In this document: in pieces, positions 37,514-50,507 of the stretch
Position numbering within the stretch: the first letter of the stretch is position 1
Layout: every line of letters starts with the position of its first letter
From: Zancudomyces culisetae HAW-14-8
Lineage: Eukaryota; Fungi; Kickxellomycota
Direction: 5' to 3'
NCBI GenBank assembly: GCA_052426225.1
Contig: JBNJNM010000012.1
Span: 434,001 to 498,000 of the forward strand
DNA: 64,000 nucleotides
Notes under the pieces: generated by a model
Seen by the model: the letters and a program-made list of their open reading frames with translations, nothing else
Databases searched by the model: none
What the model was told of the DNA's origin: nothing
Position numbers and translations under genes: made by a program

Positions 37514-40500
37514 ATGAAATCACAGAATCTTAAAAGTATTAACGACTCACAGGCATTTATCCGCGAAATTTATGGTAAATAGCGATTAAAAGGATTGAAA
37601 TCTGAAATATCGATATTTAACTCAAGAAAAATATTTCTCAACTTCGAATACATATAGCTGAACAAATCGAACTGCATAATGACGGGATCGAGGCAATAGA
37701 AAAAACTAGTGAGCGTGTAAAAGAGTACTATAAAAGCATTTTTTCGGAGCCTGAGCTATATGAAAAGGTATAAAACTGCTTTGCAATTTCCTATATTAAC
37801 ACCTAATTTTGTTATATGAGGGGTGGAGTAAGAGAACTGTAAAAATGATTTGTAAACTTTTATTATATTTTGGGTTATGTCAACAACTGATTCTAGGAAC
37901 AGTATGAAAATATTTATACTTGTCTCATTATAAATTGGATCGAAATAACAAGCAGCATCTAATTTAATAGGTTTTTAATTATGATGGAGCAGACCTTAAA
38001 AAAATAAAACCAGGAACACTTGTAAGATTTGAATGCATGGTCCAGGATCCAAATCTTGCAAAAGAAATGCAACTAATGGGTGTTGAACTTGAAAATGAAG
38101 AATCGAATGAAAAGGTACCTTATTTGCTGGTTTTATATTAATAGTATCTCCCTTTTTCTCAATTAACAACCGAATATAATAAATAGAAATATGAGTTTAT
38201 TCAGTATACGATCGATAATAAGGTAAACCTTACCTGCCATATGTACTACACTAATATAAAAGTTTGCGATAATAAATCTTGGATTGATATTACAAAAAGC
38301 TTGAAGAGTAGATAAGCCTTGCGACAAGAAATACAAGATTTTATTTGTATTATTATAGAAGTTGGACAATGGATGGAAGGAAAGTGCGAATTTCAACTTG
38401 AGATTGGCGTTGGATACAGAGGCAATGTTCTGTACGAGTATTCCGGGTAGATCTGAATGGCTAGTGTATGTGTTAAAATTCACCTGTTGCTATTATTTTT
38501 ATTTACACAAAACTTTCAAAATGAAAAGTGTTTGAAATGCCAATAACATTAACAACTAAAATAAAATAAAGTAGGAACGATGTTAGCTGCGATCATGAAG
38601 AACATGTTGATGACAAAGTATACCAGGAGTTTATGGTCGAGACTAGATCTCGATTCCCGCTACCTCAAATAGAGTTTTCATCAGCTATCTTGAAGGTAAC
38701 AAGTTGAAATATTTATAAACAGCCATTTGCGTCATTTATGAAGATGAATTCTGAATACCAACAGAAACAAACCTCATCCCGTTTTTACGATATGAGATGT
38801 TGTAGCTTACGTTTGGAGTTGCAGAATTAAACATTTTCTATTTTCCTTTCAAATCCAACCATTTGAGCATTCGTTCAAACAATCAAGATGTCAATACACA
38901 ACTAGTACAAACATGTAACAAACATAAAAAAAATAGTTTTATGGGGATAATATTGACTATAAAGCCAACCAAGCAATCCAGGTTATTGGAATTTTTGACT
39001 GGAGTCAGTACTGTGATGAAAACTCAAAAGTACTCGAATACCCGTGTATAAAAGTCCTGTGTTCTGCACCACTTCCCTTACTTTTTCCATACCAGCCACC
39101 CAAATGTTCTGAAAGTAAGTACCCAAATAGACTGAATTTATACCCTAAGCTTATATTCCTACTATGACTTTATAGAAGATGAGCACATTAGAGAAGAACT
39201 AACCGAGTACATAGCCAAGTCAGTCGGTGGGGACAGTCTGGTAGCAAAATATTTGCTGTTACTTCTTTTATCCAGGGCGTATGTTGATTTTGTAAAGTAA
39301 TCTCATTTGCGTTCCATTTGAAATTTTCTAAAAGAAATTATACCATATACCGACTATAGGAACACAAGAGCCGAAAACGCAGGAAAGCTGACCATAAATC
39401 TGACAGGACTACCACTTGATCCCAATGCAAACAGGATCCAAGCCCCTGCTGCGGCACCGTCTTCATTTGGAGTAGGCTCGCTCGACAGCCATAGTGTTGC
39501 AATCCAAAACATACTAACTACTTTGAAGTCTTTGTTGCCGGCTGTTGTAACTATTCCTCTTTCTATCTCTCTACTAAGCAGACACCCGTGCACCCCCAGC
39601 AATGAAGTGTGTGGTTTGCGTTCAGGGCTCTTGCAAGTATGCCCCCTAACACTTTTGGCTATTGATGAAACCACAATGGATGAAGGAGAGCTTAAAGAAC
39701 AAGGTTCGTGGTGTCCTATTTATTAGCCATTTCTCAAATACCCACTTATTCAGTGCCATCAGTAATGGTCTCTTTTTAAATTCGTGCATGAAAAATAGGT
39801 TTAAAAAATCTTGATGCTATGCAGCGCCTGATCAAGGAGCAAAAATTGGATTTTATTTACCCGTTCCAGAGTATTGAAATAGACCTGGATACGCGTATCT
39901 TGGTTCTTTCACATGCAAAATCGCTACTGAAGGTAATTAGACGACTTTTCGCTTATTAAGCCTTTTTCTTTATGCAATAATTTACTATACTATACGCTAA
40001 ACTCGACTTGTAGTACTGACAATGTATAAATCGTAATAGACCGATATTATCTTGCCTTTATCTCCGCAGGCAAGTAGTGCTATGAAGATGGCAGGTTTAA
40101 ATCGCAAAGATAGCCTGCTAATCAACAGGTTCAGAGAATATGTCACAGCTTCATCCTCGTACGCCTTTACGATTCCCCAAGACGTTTCAGATGTAATTCT
40201 AATTTCACATTTCTCACCATCTTTAGGACTATCCCATTTGGTGCCTGTATAACTCGGATATGTTTATCCCAAATATAAACAAGAAACTTAAATATATACA
40301 TAAAACAACATTGTGCAGAGTGCTGATTTAGGGAATATATTTACCTTTACATAGATGATCTCCGAAAGCTTTGCCAGCGCAAGAAAATCAGCCAAAGCTT
40401 CGGGAAGCCCACTACCAACTCAGGACGATTTGTTTGCGACGCTGACGGTTGCTAGGTAAGATGCTATTCACTTTGCACATGCTTGTTGCTTTGTTGACAA

Positions 40501-40665
40501 TGTATGGTGTTTGGAGTATATTCGATTGAAGGTGTACTTAAACTGTATTGGTTTAATTGAATACTCAATAGACTGTTGTCATTGGCAAAACTTGAACCTA
40601 GCCTGTCAAAAAACACGTGGAACGAGGCAGTTTCTCTTGAGGCGGAACGAAAAGCAAGACTCTAG
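37514..40665 (+). CDS. MCMBP: Mini-chromosome maintenance complex-binding protein, about 10 exons
   Basis: Spliced segments VRFECMVQD, GGDSLVAKYLLLLLLSR, LTINLTGLP, LRSGLLQV...IDETTMDEGELKEQG, LKNL..LIKEQKLDFIYPFQSIEIDLDTRILVLSHAKSLL, TQDDLFATLTVARLLSL..TWNEAVSLEAERKARL*. Confidence 0.85.
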
Positions 40666-43162
40666 TTTGATAGAATGCTCCAAGAACCCGTCTGCACTAA
40701 AAGAAAAATAATAATAGGCGGGGCGTAGCTCCACAATGTGGAAATCGTCAGCAGTTAGGAGGCCTGGAAGGGTCAAACACTGGAGTGTTTAAATGGCTAA
40801 CTGTCTGCTCGGCGATTTTACATTGATCTTGTTTTATTCATTCCTCCCTCCCTCCCTTCCTTCAACGATCTCTGAGACTATCACGGTATTGATTTGTGCT
40901 TTTGTCTATTTGTTTCAGTTCTGTTTCAGTTTGCTTTGTTACATCATGCAAAAGTAAACACATTTAAAAAGAGATCCGTTCCGGTAACAGAGCATCTACT
41001 TAACTGCCTTTATGTCCAATCATTATGCTTTTTATTATCGCTAACATTATTATCGTTTTTTTTTGTTTTCTTTTCATTTTGCATGAACCACATGTGACCT
41101 CTATTTACCTTACTTTTTCTGCATAATTCTCTTACGAAATTGTAAAGGCTGATGTTTTTTCAAAAAAAAACTGGCGTGATTTAGCCAAAATGGCTGTTTA
41201 CGTTTATTATCAAGGTTTAGATAAATTCAAATCGATAAAGTTTTACAATGTTCAGATAATTGATGTAACTCAACTTGTCTTATGCAAAAAACAGCAGCTA
41301 AAAAGAGCCAGAAAATAAATGAATGCATTCATACTGTATATATTTCGCTTTTGACGCTTTTGGAAGCTTTAACCGTGTAAATCTATGTGAATTATGTATC
41401 TGTGGCATATGAAGTTTTGTACTACACCGCGTGGTTTACAAAAAATATATTTTCTGATTTGGAGATGGGTCTCTGACTGATCTAAAATCGATAAGAACAT
41501 CACCGCTTAATACGTTGATAAAAGCTATGACATCCCGGAATTGTGCGAGATTTATGCTTAGCCAAACAGATCTGTTCTCCAATTCTCTAAAAAATAAATG
41601 TATATACGCTTTTCACTAATGTTGCTTTTTCATAGGTTCGTAAAGATGCATTTCCAGGAACCGAGTTTCCGTGCTTGGTTTTAATAGAATGGTACACAAA
41701 TGCAACAAGCTCAATACATAATATCAACCTCAAAAACCAATAGTTAAATATTTACAGTGATATGATCCCCAATTGATAAGAGCATTGATATGTCACCAGC
41801 ATGAACTTGGTTAATAATAGGATAGCATACTAAAAATTATGTAATATACACAATTACGTAATTTTTGAAACCGAGCACCACGAACACGGTTTATATTGCC
41901 ATCCATCTAGCAACTGGTACATTCAAACCATGTTCTCCAGCTGATGAATATGTGTGTAATTTTACTGGTCATGGCGTCGAAAAAAGCAATATGCAAAGCT
42001 CGATTTTCAGATAAACAAAGTTTTATTAAAACACGTAGGACATTCTCATTTTTCCTCCCGCTTCATCCCCCCCATTTTGTCTCTATTTTTTTTCTGTGTG
42101 CTGGTGGCATGAGGGCAGAGTTCAGAACAGAGTGGGGAGAGGTTATGATTTACACCGTTCTTCAGACACAAAATATGGAGCATATTTCCATTACTAGAGA
42201 AAAAAATGTTTAAAGCCGACGAAAAAAAAAACAATGGTTAATCATGGGATTCCCTTTTGCCTTGATTTTGTTGTTTAAAACGTATGTGTGATCAACAAAA
42301 GCGAGATAGCCAGCAATAAAAAAATTAACAATGTTTGGACCTTAGGCGAATCAAAAGGGAATTTTTTTTAACTTTGTTTGGTTCAAACAACTCACTTTTC
42401 TAAATGTGTTAATGGGATATTTAATTTCCTTTCTTGCAAACAAAAAAAATGCATCTTCTTTCTGTTTGAGAGAGAAAAAACCTGGCCTATGAAAATGGCA
42501 GCGATTGTGGTTGGATACTATCTCATATTGAGGCACTACTTGAGTGTAAAAGTCATATCGATCAAAAATGGCACAAAAAACATTTGCTGCATTTTAAGAA
42601 GGCAGTCATAAGACCCAGCGTTTTAAAGGTTTTGTAAAATTGATTTTATCGGGATCTGCAGTGAAAACAGTTGCAAAGCGAATTACGTAAATACATAAAT
42701 GGGAAATCAAGGCAGGATTTTTCGATGTCACTTTAGGAAATGGAAAAAAATGGCTTTTATGATATCAAAAACCTGCTATTGCAGGGCAAATTGTACAGCT
42801 TTATTGTAAACGCAACTAATTTATAATAGTGATTCGGTAGAGCAACAAAACAAAAGCGGGGGAAAAAAAGATAGAAGGTGAGAGAAAAAAAAGAAAAAGA
42901 CGAAAAGAGGATGGAAAGAGAAATAGAGATATAGAAAAGTATATAAGGACAGAAAGTGAACACAAGGATCCATCAAACGTATTCTAACTCCTGAAAATAT
43001 CAGAATAACAGGATATAATTATTGTTGAAAGCAACTAAAATACCTAAAAGAATACCTAAATTGACTTAGGACGTTTGTTTTTGTCTGCTAATCGTTGTGT
43101 AAACAAAGAGCCTTTACTTTATTAATACCGACTATCTTTTAAAAAAGAAAACAAAAGCTGAA

Positions 43163-43468
43163 ATGATTCCTGCAAGAATAATGAGCAAAACTGTCTCGAG
43201 AGCTGCCGCCTCAACCTGTGCTCGAGCATGTGGTGTAAGACGTTTTACTAGTGATGAACACCACAGTGAAATAAAGAACAACGAATATGGTTCGATAGAC
43301 AACATAAACTCTGAAGTTTTAAATCAAATCCTTATTGGAAGCGGCGGCGTCTCCAGAGGCATGACTCCTGGGAACGATACCACAGGCGTCCCGGTTAGAA
43401 GTACCTGGGCAGAGTTCATTGAGAAGGGTGAGTTGGGATCCTTGGATGAGGAGTTTACCCAGAAATGA
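43163..43468 (+). CDS. Small hypothetical protein with mitochondrial presequence-like N-terminus
   Basis: 101-aa ORF, GC-richer than its flanks, AAATG context. The R/S/A-rich, acid-free N-terminus ends RRFTS and is followed by an acidic domain. Confidence 0.6.
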   Translation: MIPARIMSKTVSRAAASTCARACGVRRFTSDEHHSEIKNNEYGSIDNINSEVLNQILIGSGGVSRGMTPGNDTTGVPVRSTWAEFIEKGELGSLDEEFTQK

Positions 43469-45020
43469 GCGAGATTAGCTATTCTCGTGTGAGGGAATCA
43501 AATTTGTGTTTTTAGGGTGTGTGTCACTTTTTGAACATTACTGGTTTATTATACGCCTTTTTGGTGTATCCAAGCAGGAAATTAACTGATTTTTCTCCCG
43601 TTTCTATGTATTATTAGTCACTTATTATTTTAACTTCCGACGACCCCATTTTAATTTTTCTGTATTTTTGGTAATAAATTTTTTTAAAAAGGCATTATTA
43701 ATGTGGCAGTGGATAGCGGTAGGTAATGTTTATAGATCGTTTTTGAGTCATATTTATTGGTCTTATGACTCTCTGTGTCTGCGGTGCTCGTGTCGGGCAG
43801 TGTGGGTGAGCGAGTGAGAATCATATAAGTATGAGCTCCAGGGGAATGGATGTGCTTGTTTTGATGCAATCGCTGTGATCGATCAAATCGAATTGAATTG
43901 GATAGGCTGTTTACATGTGTTTGCAGTAGCCGCGCACTTTGTTCTCTATTTATGCATCTCACGTGTGGGTGTTATTACAATTTATTGCGGTTCTCATGAC
44001 TCTGAGAGGCAGTGTTATGATATTTTCCCCTCTGTTATTTTGAGCTTACTTCTGGGGGTGTGCGGCACCACTTGGATCGCTCCTAAGAGAGTATTACAAT
44101 AGTTTGGACTAGATCCAAGCACCATTTTCTTTAGACTTCGGAACCTGTCTAAATAAAAATTATCTTTTTCCACCTATAGCAAGATGGTGAATACTTTTCT
44201 TGAATATACTTGTACTGCGGTGTAGCTAATACGCTCTAAATTGGTCATTTGTATCATAGAATAAACTGGTGGAAACTACTATCGAATATTTGATTTAAAA
44301 ACTTTAGTTAAATGTATGTTAGCCCTAATAAATTATAATGTACCTAAGTATCTAGATGCCCAATTATTAGGTATTTTCTTTTTGTATACGTTTATTACCA
44401 TTTGAGACCATTTGCACTTTTATTAATCTTTTTTTTTCATCTATTAGGTTTAGATATATTAAACAAGAGGTCACAATGAATTAGGCATTCGGATAAAAAT
44501 ACGTGTATTGGGTGTTTTTATAGTTATAAGTTAAAAAATTGGTTAATATTCTTTTACGGATGCATGAATGTCATATTCCATCAGAATTAAAAGTATGTCT
44601 TTGTCATACTATGAGTAAACTGATGAGTTTATAGCAAGGACATATTATTCCTGTTCTTATACAGCACACTAATATTTCTCCTATCTCAAGATCGTGGTGA
44701 TCCGAGTTATAAATAATCAATCTATCCCGCCATTGGATACTTATGGTAACGATTATCTATTATCATGATAAACTCTAAGATTTTTTGTCTTTGACCACAA
44801 TTAACAAACGATCGGCTTTTATGTGCAATTTCCAATTCGAAACTCCGCATTGGCCAGCAAAAGAAGAATGATTCGCGCGTTTGGTAAATGGAGAATAGCC
44901 CAGAATTGTTTCGTTTATTGGTAGAACAATAAATGTTTAACACTTTATTTCCAGTTTCAATAAGAAAAAAAATAAGTTGTGCAAAAAACGGGAAATTGAG
45001 AATTCGAATTACATTTAATA

Positions 45021-46204
45021 ATGATATTGACTTCGGCTGGAAAATCGAGTGTTCAGTACACCACAAGGTTCGGCAGATGCTCCTACGGGAAAATACTCAC
45101 CATTTCGAGAAGGAATTTGGAAACAAAGGCAGAGAGTATTTTAAAGGAATGCTACTTGGTTCGAAGCGAGGGCACCGACAAAGGTACGTACAAAGTCTAA
45201 TTTTTCATTATAATTTTTTCGATCTTTCTTTTAGTTTTTTTTTGTTTATATATCAACAACTCGTTGTTCAGCAACAATTTTTGTAAATTTGGATCAAATA
45301 ATACCGGTAAAACTAGGAATAATAACACTTTGCATGGACAGACCAAAAGCTAAAAATGCAATTTCAAGGAAATTCTTAAATGAATTCAAAGAAAATTTAA
45401 AAAGTATCCGCAACGACACGTAAGTTGGTGTTTCAAATGAGTATTATCAAAAAGGAAAGCATTAGGATGAACGATAACAAAAACCAAAACCAAAACCAAA
45501 ATTCTGAATGTATTATAAATAGGGAGGCAAGGGTGCTGGTGCTGCAAAGTAAAGTTGATGGAGTGTTCTGCGCTGGTGCGGATCTAAAAGAGCGAGTATC
45601 CATGACCCAACAGGAAGTTTGGGATTTTTTATATACCCTGAAACAGACTTTTAGCGAACTCGAGGAACTACAAATACCAACAATAGCAGCACTCGATGGA
45701 GCCGCTTTCGGTGGGGGATTAGAAATGGCGCTTTCGTGTGATATGAGAGTTGCTGGCAAGAAAGGAATTCTTGGACTCACTGAAACATCGTTAGCTATAA
45801 TACCCGGCGCAGGCGGAACACAAAGACTGACAAAGCTAATAGGTGCATCAAAAGCAAAAGAATTGATATACACGAGTGCTAGAATAAATCCAGAGCTGAG
45901 CTACCAGTACGGAGTTATCAGCGACTATGTGGGTAACAACGAAAAGAGACAGATAGCAGACACCAAGGGAGTGTCAAATTCTGGATATGAATTAGCATTG
46001 GAATGGGCTCGGAGAATAGCTATGCAGGGTCCAGTTGCTGTAAAAATGGCGAAAAAGGCGATTGATATGGGAGCACACACAGACTTGAAAACAGGGTTGG
46101 GCATTGAACATCAGTGCTACACTACGGTTCTTGGTACAGAAGACCGTAATGAGGGTCTTTTGGCCTTTAAAGAAAAGAGAAAACCCATATACAAGGGCAA
46201 ATAG
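45021..46204 (+). CDS. AUH: Mitochondrial methylglutaconyl-CoA hydratase (crotonase family)
   Basis: Exons ~45021-45183, 45317-45419 (MDRPKAKNAIS) and 45522-46204. FCAGADLKER, GAAFGGGLEMALSCD, GLTETSLAIIPGAGGTQRL, EDRNEGLLAFKEKRKP. Confidence 0.88.
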
Positions 46205-46777
46205 GTATCCAATTCTACTTCAAAGTGGTAGTTTTTATTTTTGATGATAATTCATATCATAAATGCATTTGCAATAGTTTATTATTATTCTTGTTTACGT
46301 GATAATGTTACAATAAAACAAGTTGTTGGGTAAAGCACGGCCAAAGAAACGCGTTGGATCAAATTTTCTGGTACAAGCAGCCGTGCCTATCTACAGCTAA
46401 TTAGCAATTGGGTTATGGTTGAAAGGTTTAGAAGGTGGTTTAATTAGAATTTTTACGAAAAATTGAGGTTGAATAATTTTACAGTTTGTAAACAAAAAAA
46501 ATATTGTGCGGATTTTCGTTTTGTTGTATTTATATTTGTTTTGAGTATTTAAACAATATAATTAGGTTACAAGGTTCAACTCGAAAAAAGACTGAGCATC
46601 TAAAAAACGAGATAATTTATAGAAATCAATCCATTTTGTACTGCACCAAGTTTTTCTCTATAGTACCTATTACATGACTTTATAAAAGAAAAATCTTAGT
46701 AATTTTACTTTTTGAATAAAGTATAAGGATCGAACAGAATCAGTAAAACTAGCGGTAAATCAATTCCAAGCAACAAA

Positions 46778-49700
46778 ATGACAAACCACAATGTTTTTGA
46801 GGCGCCTGAATTACCGAAACAGGATAAATATAGAGAGCCTTATACGGACTATTCAAAATTCAGAGACGGTACGGGAATAGTTATTGACTATGGTACGTGT
46901 TGATTTATCTTGAGTAAATGGAAGACTTTCGTGTGTAATTCGCAACAAGTGATATAGTTGAAATAATCCATTTCCAGTAATAAATATAAAATGATTAATA
47001 AATAGGTGTTGATGTGTGCAAGGCAGGATGGAACACCGAAAATGAACCACGGCGTAAGTATCCATGAAATATATTTTTTTATATGTGTGTACATTTCATT
47101 CTCTCCATTCTTTGTACGAAGCATTCCGTATAAACAATTTTTGTAAAAAAAATAATAATAAATCTTTGAAATCTATTGAAAGTGTTATATATTTATATTA
47201 CATTTGTATTTGTGATTGTATAGTTGTATTCGAAAATATGATATCCAAGTTCAGAAACAAGAAAGGAGGTCCAGGAAATACAGTACTGGTGGGGAACGAT
47301 ATATATGTTGATTCGATTGGGTACAGCAACATCAAGACCGCTTTTGACGGGGGCTTGATTAATAACTTTGACGTTGTTGTAAGGTTTCATTCCTAATATC
47401 AGAACTTTAAAAAAGTATTTTTCAACAACCGGAGATAGGTGTATACTTTACAACTAGCTAGACAGTTGAGCAACATTGCTAACCCTGCTTGTTCATCTTT
47501 GTTAGTATTGATTAATTCTTAATATATGTGTGCAATTTAAATATTCTAGGAAAACACACTGGATTATATATTTTTGAATCTGGGAATCGAAGGAGATAAA
47601 GTGGACCATCCGATAGTAATGACAGAGCCAATATCCAACTTAACAAGCTGTAGAAAAGGTAATATGTTATTGAAAAACTGTCCGATAGTGCCCACCCTTT
47701 ATTTGTGAAACGTATTCGTTGGGAAAAGTGTGTGTATTGGAGGAAAATAAGTATGCAAAAGTCCAACAGGCCATTTATACACAAATAGGAATGAGCGAGC
47801 TGCTGTTTGAAGGATACAGAATTCCTAAAGTAGCATATGGAATTGAACCATCCTGGAATTATTGGTATAACAAACGTGCCGCAGACCCTGAAAAAACAGG
47901 ACTAATCATAGACACAGGGAGTGTGTCAACTCATTTAATCCCAGTTGTCGATGGGGTTCCACAATTGAAGGACGCCAAAAGGTACATACAATCATTATAG
48001 TTTTTATTAACTTTTTTTTTTTGGTGTATACCTCGTTATTGCTACAGTTGTTGGATTATACTAACGATCTATCGATTTATTTTTAACAAACGCGGCAAAA
48101 TAGAATAAATGTGGGAGGCAACATGTTGATTGAGACGATGATGAAATTACTACAACTCAAGTACCCAACATTCCCAACAAAGATCAATTTGTATCAGACA
48201 AAGTCACTTTTGTATGAACATGGATATTATGCAAAGGACTATCAGAGAGAAATTCAAGATATACTAAGCAGAGACAAATTGGAGAAGGAAGATCGGATAA
48301 TCCAGTTTTCATACAAGGTAAGTAGGAGTTGTAAAAAGGTTGTATGGCCAGCGACCTGACAGGTTGGAGACGGAGGGGTTGGGGGCTTTGTTTGCGCGTG
48401 GTAATACTTTTTATTAGATAAACATATTCGTACAATTAATTGTTTTTTTGGAATCCTTAGGCTATTGAGGAAAAGTCTGAGCAGGAGAAAGAGGAGCAAG
48501 CAGAGCGACGAAGAGAGAATGCCAAGAAAATGTCAGAAATAGCAGCGAGAGTTCAAAAAGAGAAGTTGCAAAGAAACATAGAGCTACTGGAGTTACTCAG
48601 AGATATCCTGGCAAACGATGACGATGATAGTCCCAGATTCAAGGTATATTATACGTGGTTTCAGCATTTACTTTTATATGCTCTATGATTTTTGTTAGAT
48701 AAAGAGAGTGTTGCAGAGACTTTAGTTTTAAATCAAAAAAACAAAACACACATATAACATTGAAAATATTAAATAGCAAGAATTAAAAAACTATGGGATA
48801 AAAACCAGGGCAGAGCTAGAAGCAGAGGCAAAAAAGGTAGAAATACGGGTAAGAAAAGCCACAGATAAGGATTTTGTAGAAACGAAGGAGCAGCCGGTAT
48901 TTGATTTGGTGGATGTGCCAGATGAACAGCTGGGACCAGAAGAACTCAAAGAAAAGCGAAAACAAAAGCTATTAAAAGCAAACATGGAGGCAAGGGATAA
49001 GTTGAGGGCGGCCAAGGAGGAGGAGAAGAGACTGTTGGAAGAGGATAGACGAAAGGATGAAGAGTTGAGAATAAATAGTTTTGAAGTATGGCTATCGCAA
49101 TTAAAGGATAAGCGGACACAGTTGGTGGATAGAATGAGGCAAAAAAGGGCTATGAAGAAGGAACTGTCGGATAGGAAGAGCGCGGCATCGCAACAGCGGA
49201 TGCGATCGATAGCTGATTTGGCAGGAGGCGAGGGCAGAGGCGATGGAGGTGGGGGTGGAGGTAATAGCGGTGGGGGTGGGGGCGTGGGAAGGGGCGGTAG
49301 CACGCGGAGACGCTACAATGCCGGGAACGGTAGGGGTGATGATGATGATGACAAGTTTGGAGAAAACGATAGTGACTGGGATATTTATTTGGACATTAGT
49401 AAAGAGGAAGGGGTGGGATCCGACGAAGAAGATATCCAGGCAGAGTTGGTACAGCTTAATGAAAAGCTGTGCCAGTACGACGCCGAATACTTGCGAAAGC
49501 TGGACGACAAAGCCAAAGACGAAATCCGATCTAGCCTGATGTACCGATATTACTACGGAAACCTCGAGCCTATACTTGACGACCCAGCACTTCCCGAGAC
49601 AAACAAAAACGGTACAGACAACGATGTTAGCAGCAGCAATGAACTGCTGGCTAGAAGTTTCCAGATGCACCTGAATGTTGAGAGAATCCGTGTTCCTGAA

Positions 49701-50111
49701 ATTATTTTTGATCCATCGATTATCGGAGTTGAACAAATGGGACTTATTGAACTGATTAGCCACATTTATCCCAAAATTGCCAGCAGCGATAGGTCAACAT
49801 CAGGCAACGGAAAAGGCACTAGAAATATATTTATAAATATGAATGGAGGAGCTGGAGTGATGGAGCCAAGTTCAATTAAAGGATTCGAGGAAAGGCTACG
49901 TGCTGAGCTGATCAAAATATGGCCGGTTGGTGACAAAATCAATATTACCACCAGTTCTTCGCCAAATGACGGTTGGAAAGGCGCCAGTTTGTGGAGCAAC
50001 TCCAAGGCTAATTGTAGTACTAGTTTTCTGACCAGAAAGATTTATGATGAGTATGGATCAGATTATTTTGTGACTAATGAGTTTTCCAACCTACGATACA
50101 GTCAGGAATAA
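46778..50111 (+). CDS. ARP5: Actin-related protein 5 (INO80 complex), multi-exon
   Basis: IVIDYG, HPIVMTEP, MSELLFEGY, MKLLQLKYPTF; Arp5-specific insert LVDVPDEQLGPEELKEKRKQKLLKA..DRKSAASQQRMRSIADLA..DDKFGENDSDWDIY; HLNVERIRVPEIIF. Confidence 0.92.
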
Positions 50112-50507
50112 TATTTGGCTCGCTTTTTCTTTTTTTTTACTTTCATTGTGTCTAACATTTGTTTGAATATTTGCATTCTCAATAACAACAAATAACAAAT
50201 AACAAGTAATAGTTTTAGTAATAGCAATAGTAATTGGTGTTGGTGTTGGTATTGGTTTTGGTGTTGTTGGTAACCTATTTCTTAGTTTATTTTACAATTT
50301 GGTAAGATTTTAATTACTAAAAATAGTAGTAGTTATCATCAACCTAGTTCCACATAGAGAATAGTTAATGTATTTGTGTCATACATGATCACAAATAAAT
50401 CGTATATAAAAAGTGAGATATTGATATGTAAAAAAGAAAATAATAATGGGGATATAAAATAAAGCGCGAAAAAAAAAACAAAATAAAACATAATAAAACA
50501 TATTCAG

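Noticed and set aside
40720-40760. CTGACGA on the minus strand followed by a hairpin, as a possible hammerhead ribozyme
   Set aside because: The required GAAA after stem II and a cleavage-site helix are absent.
41460-41745. Possible small spliced gene (branch-point-like CTAAT and acceptor CATAG near 41635)
   Set aside because: Could not assemble a convincing in-frame model.
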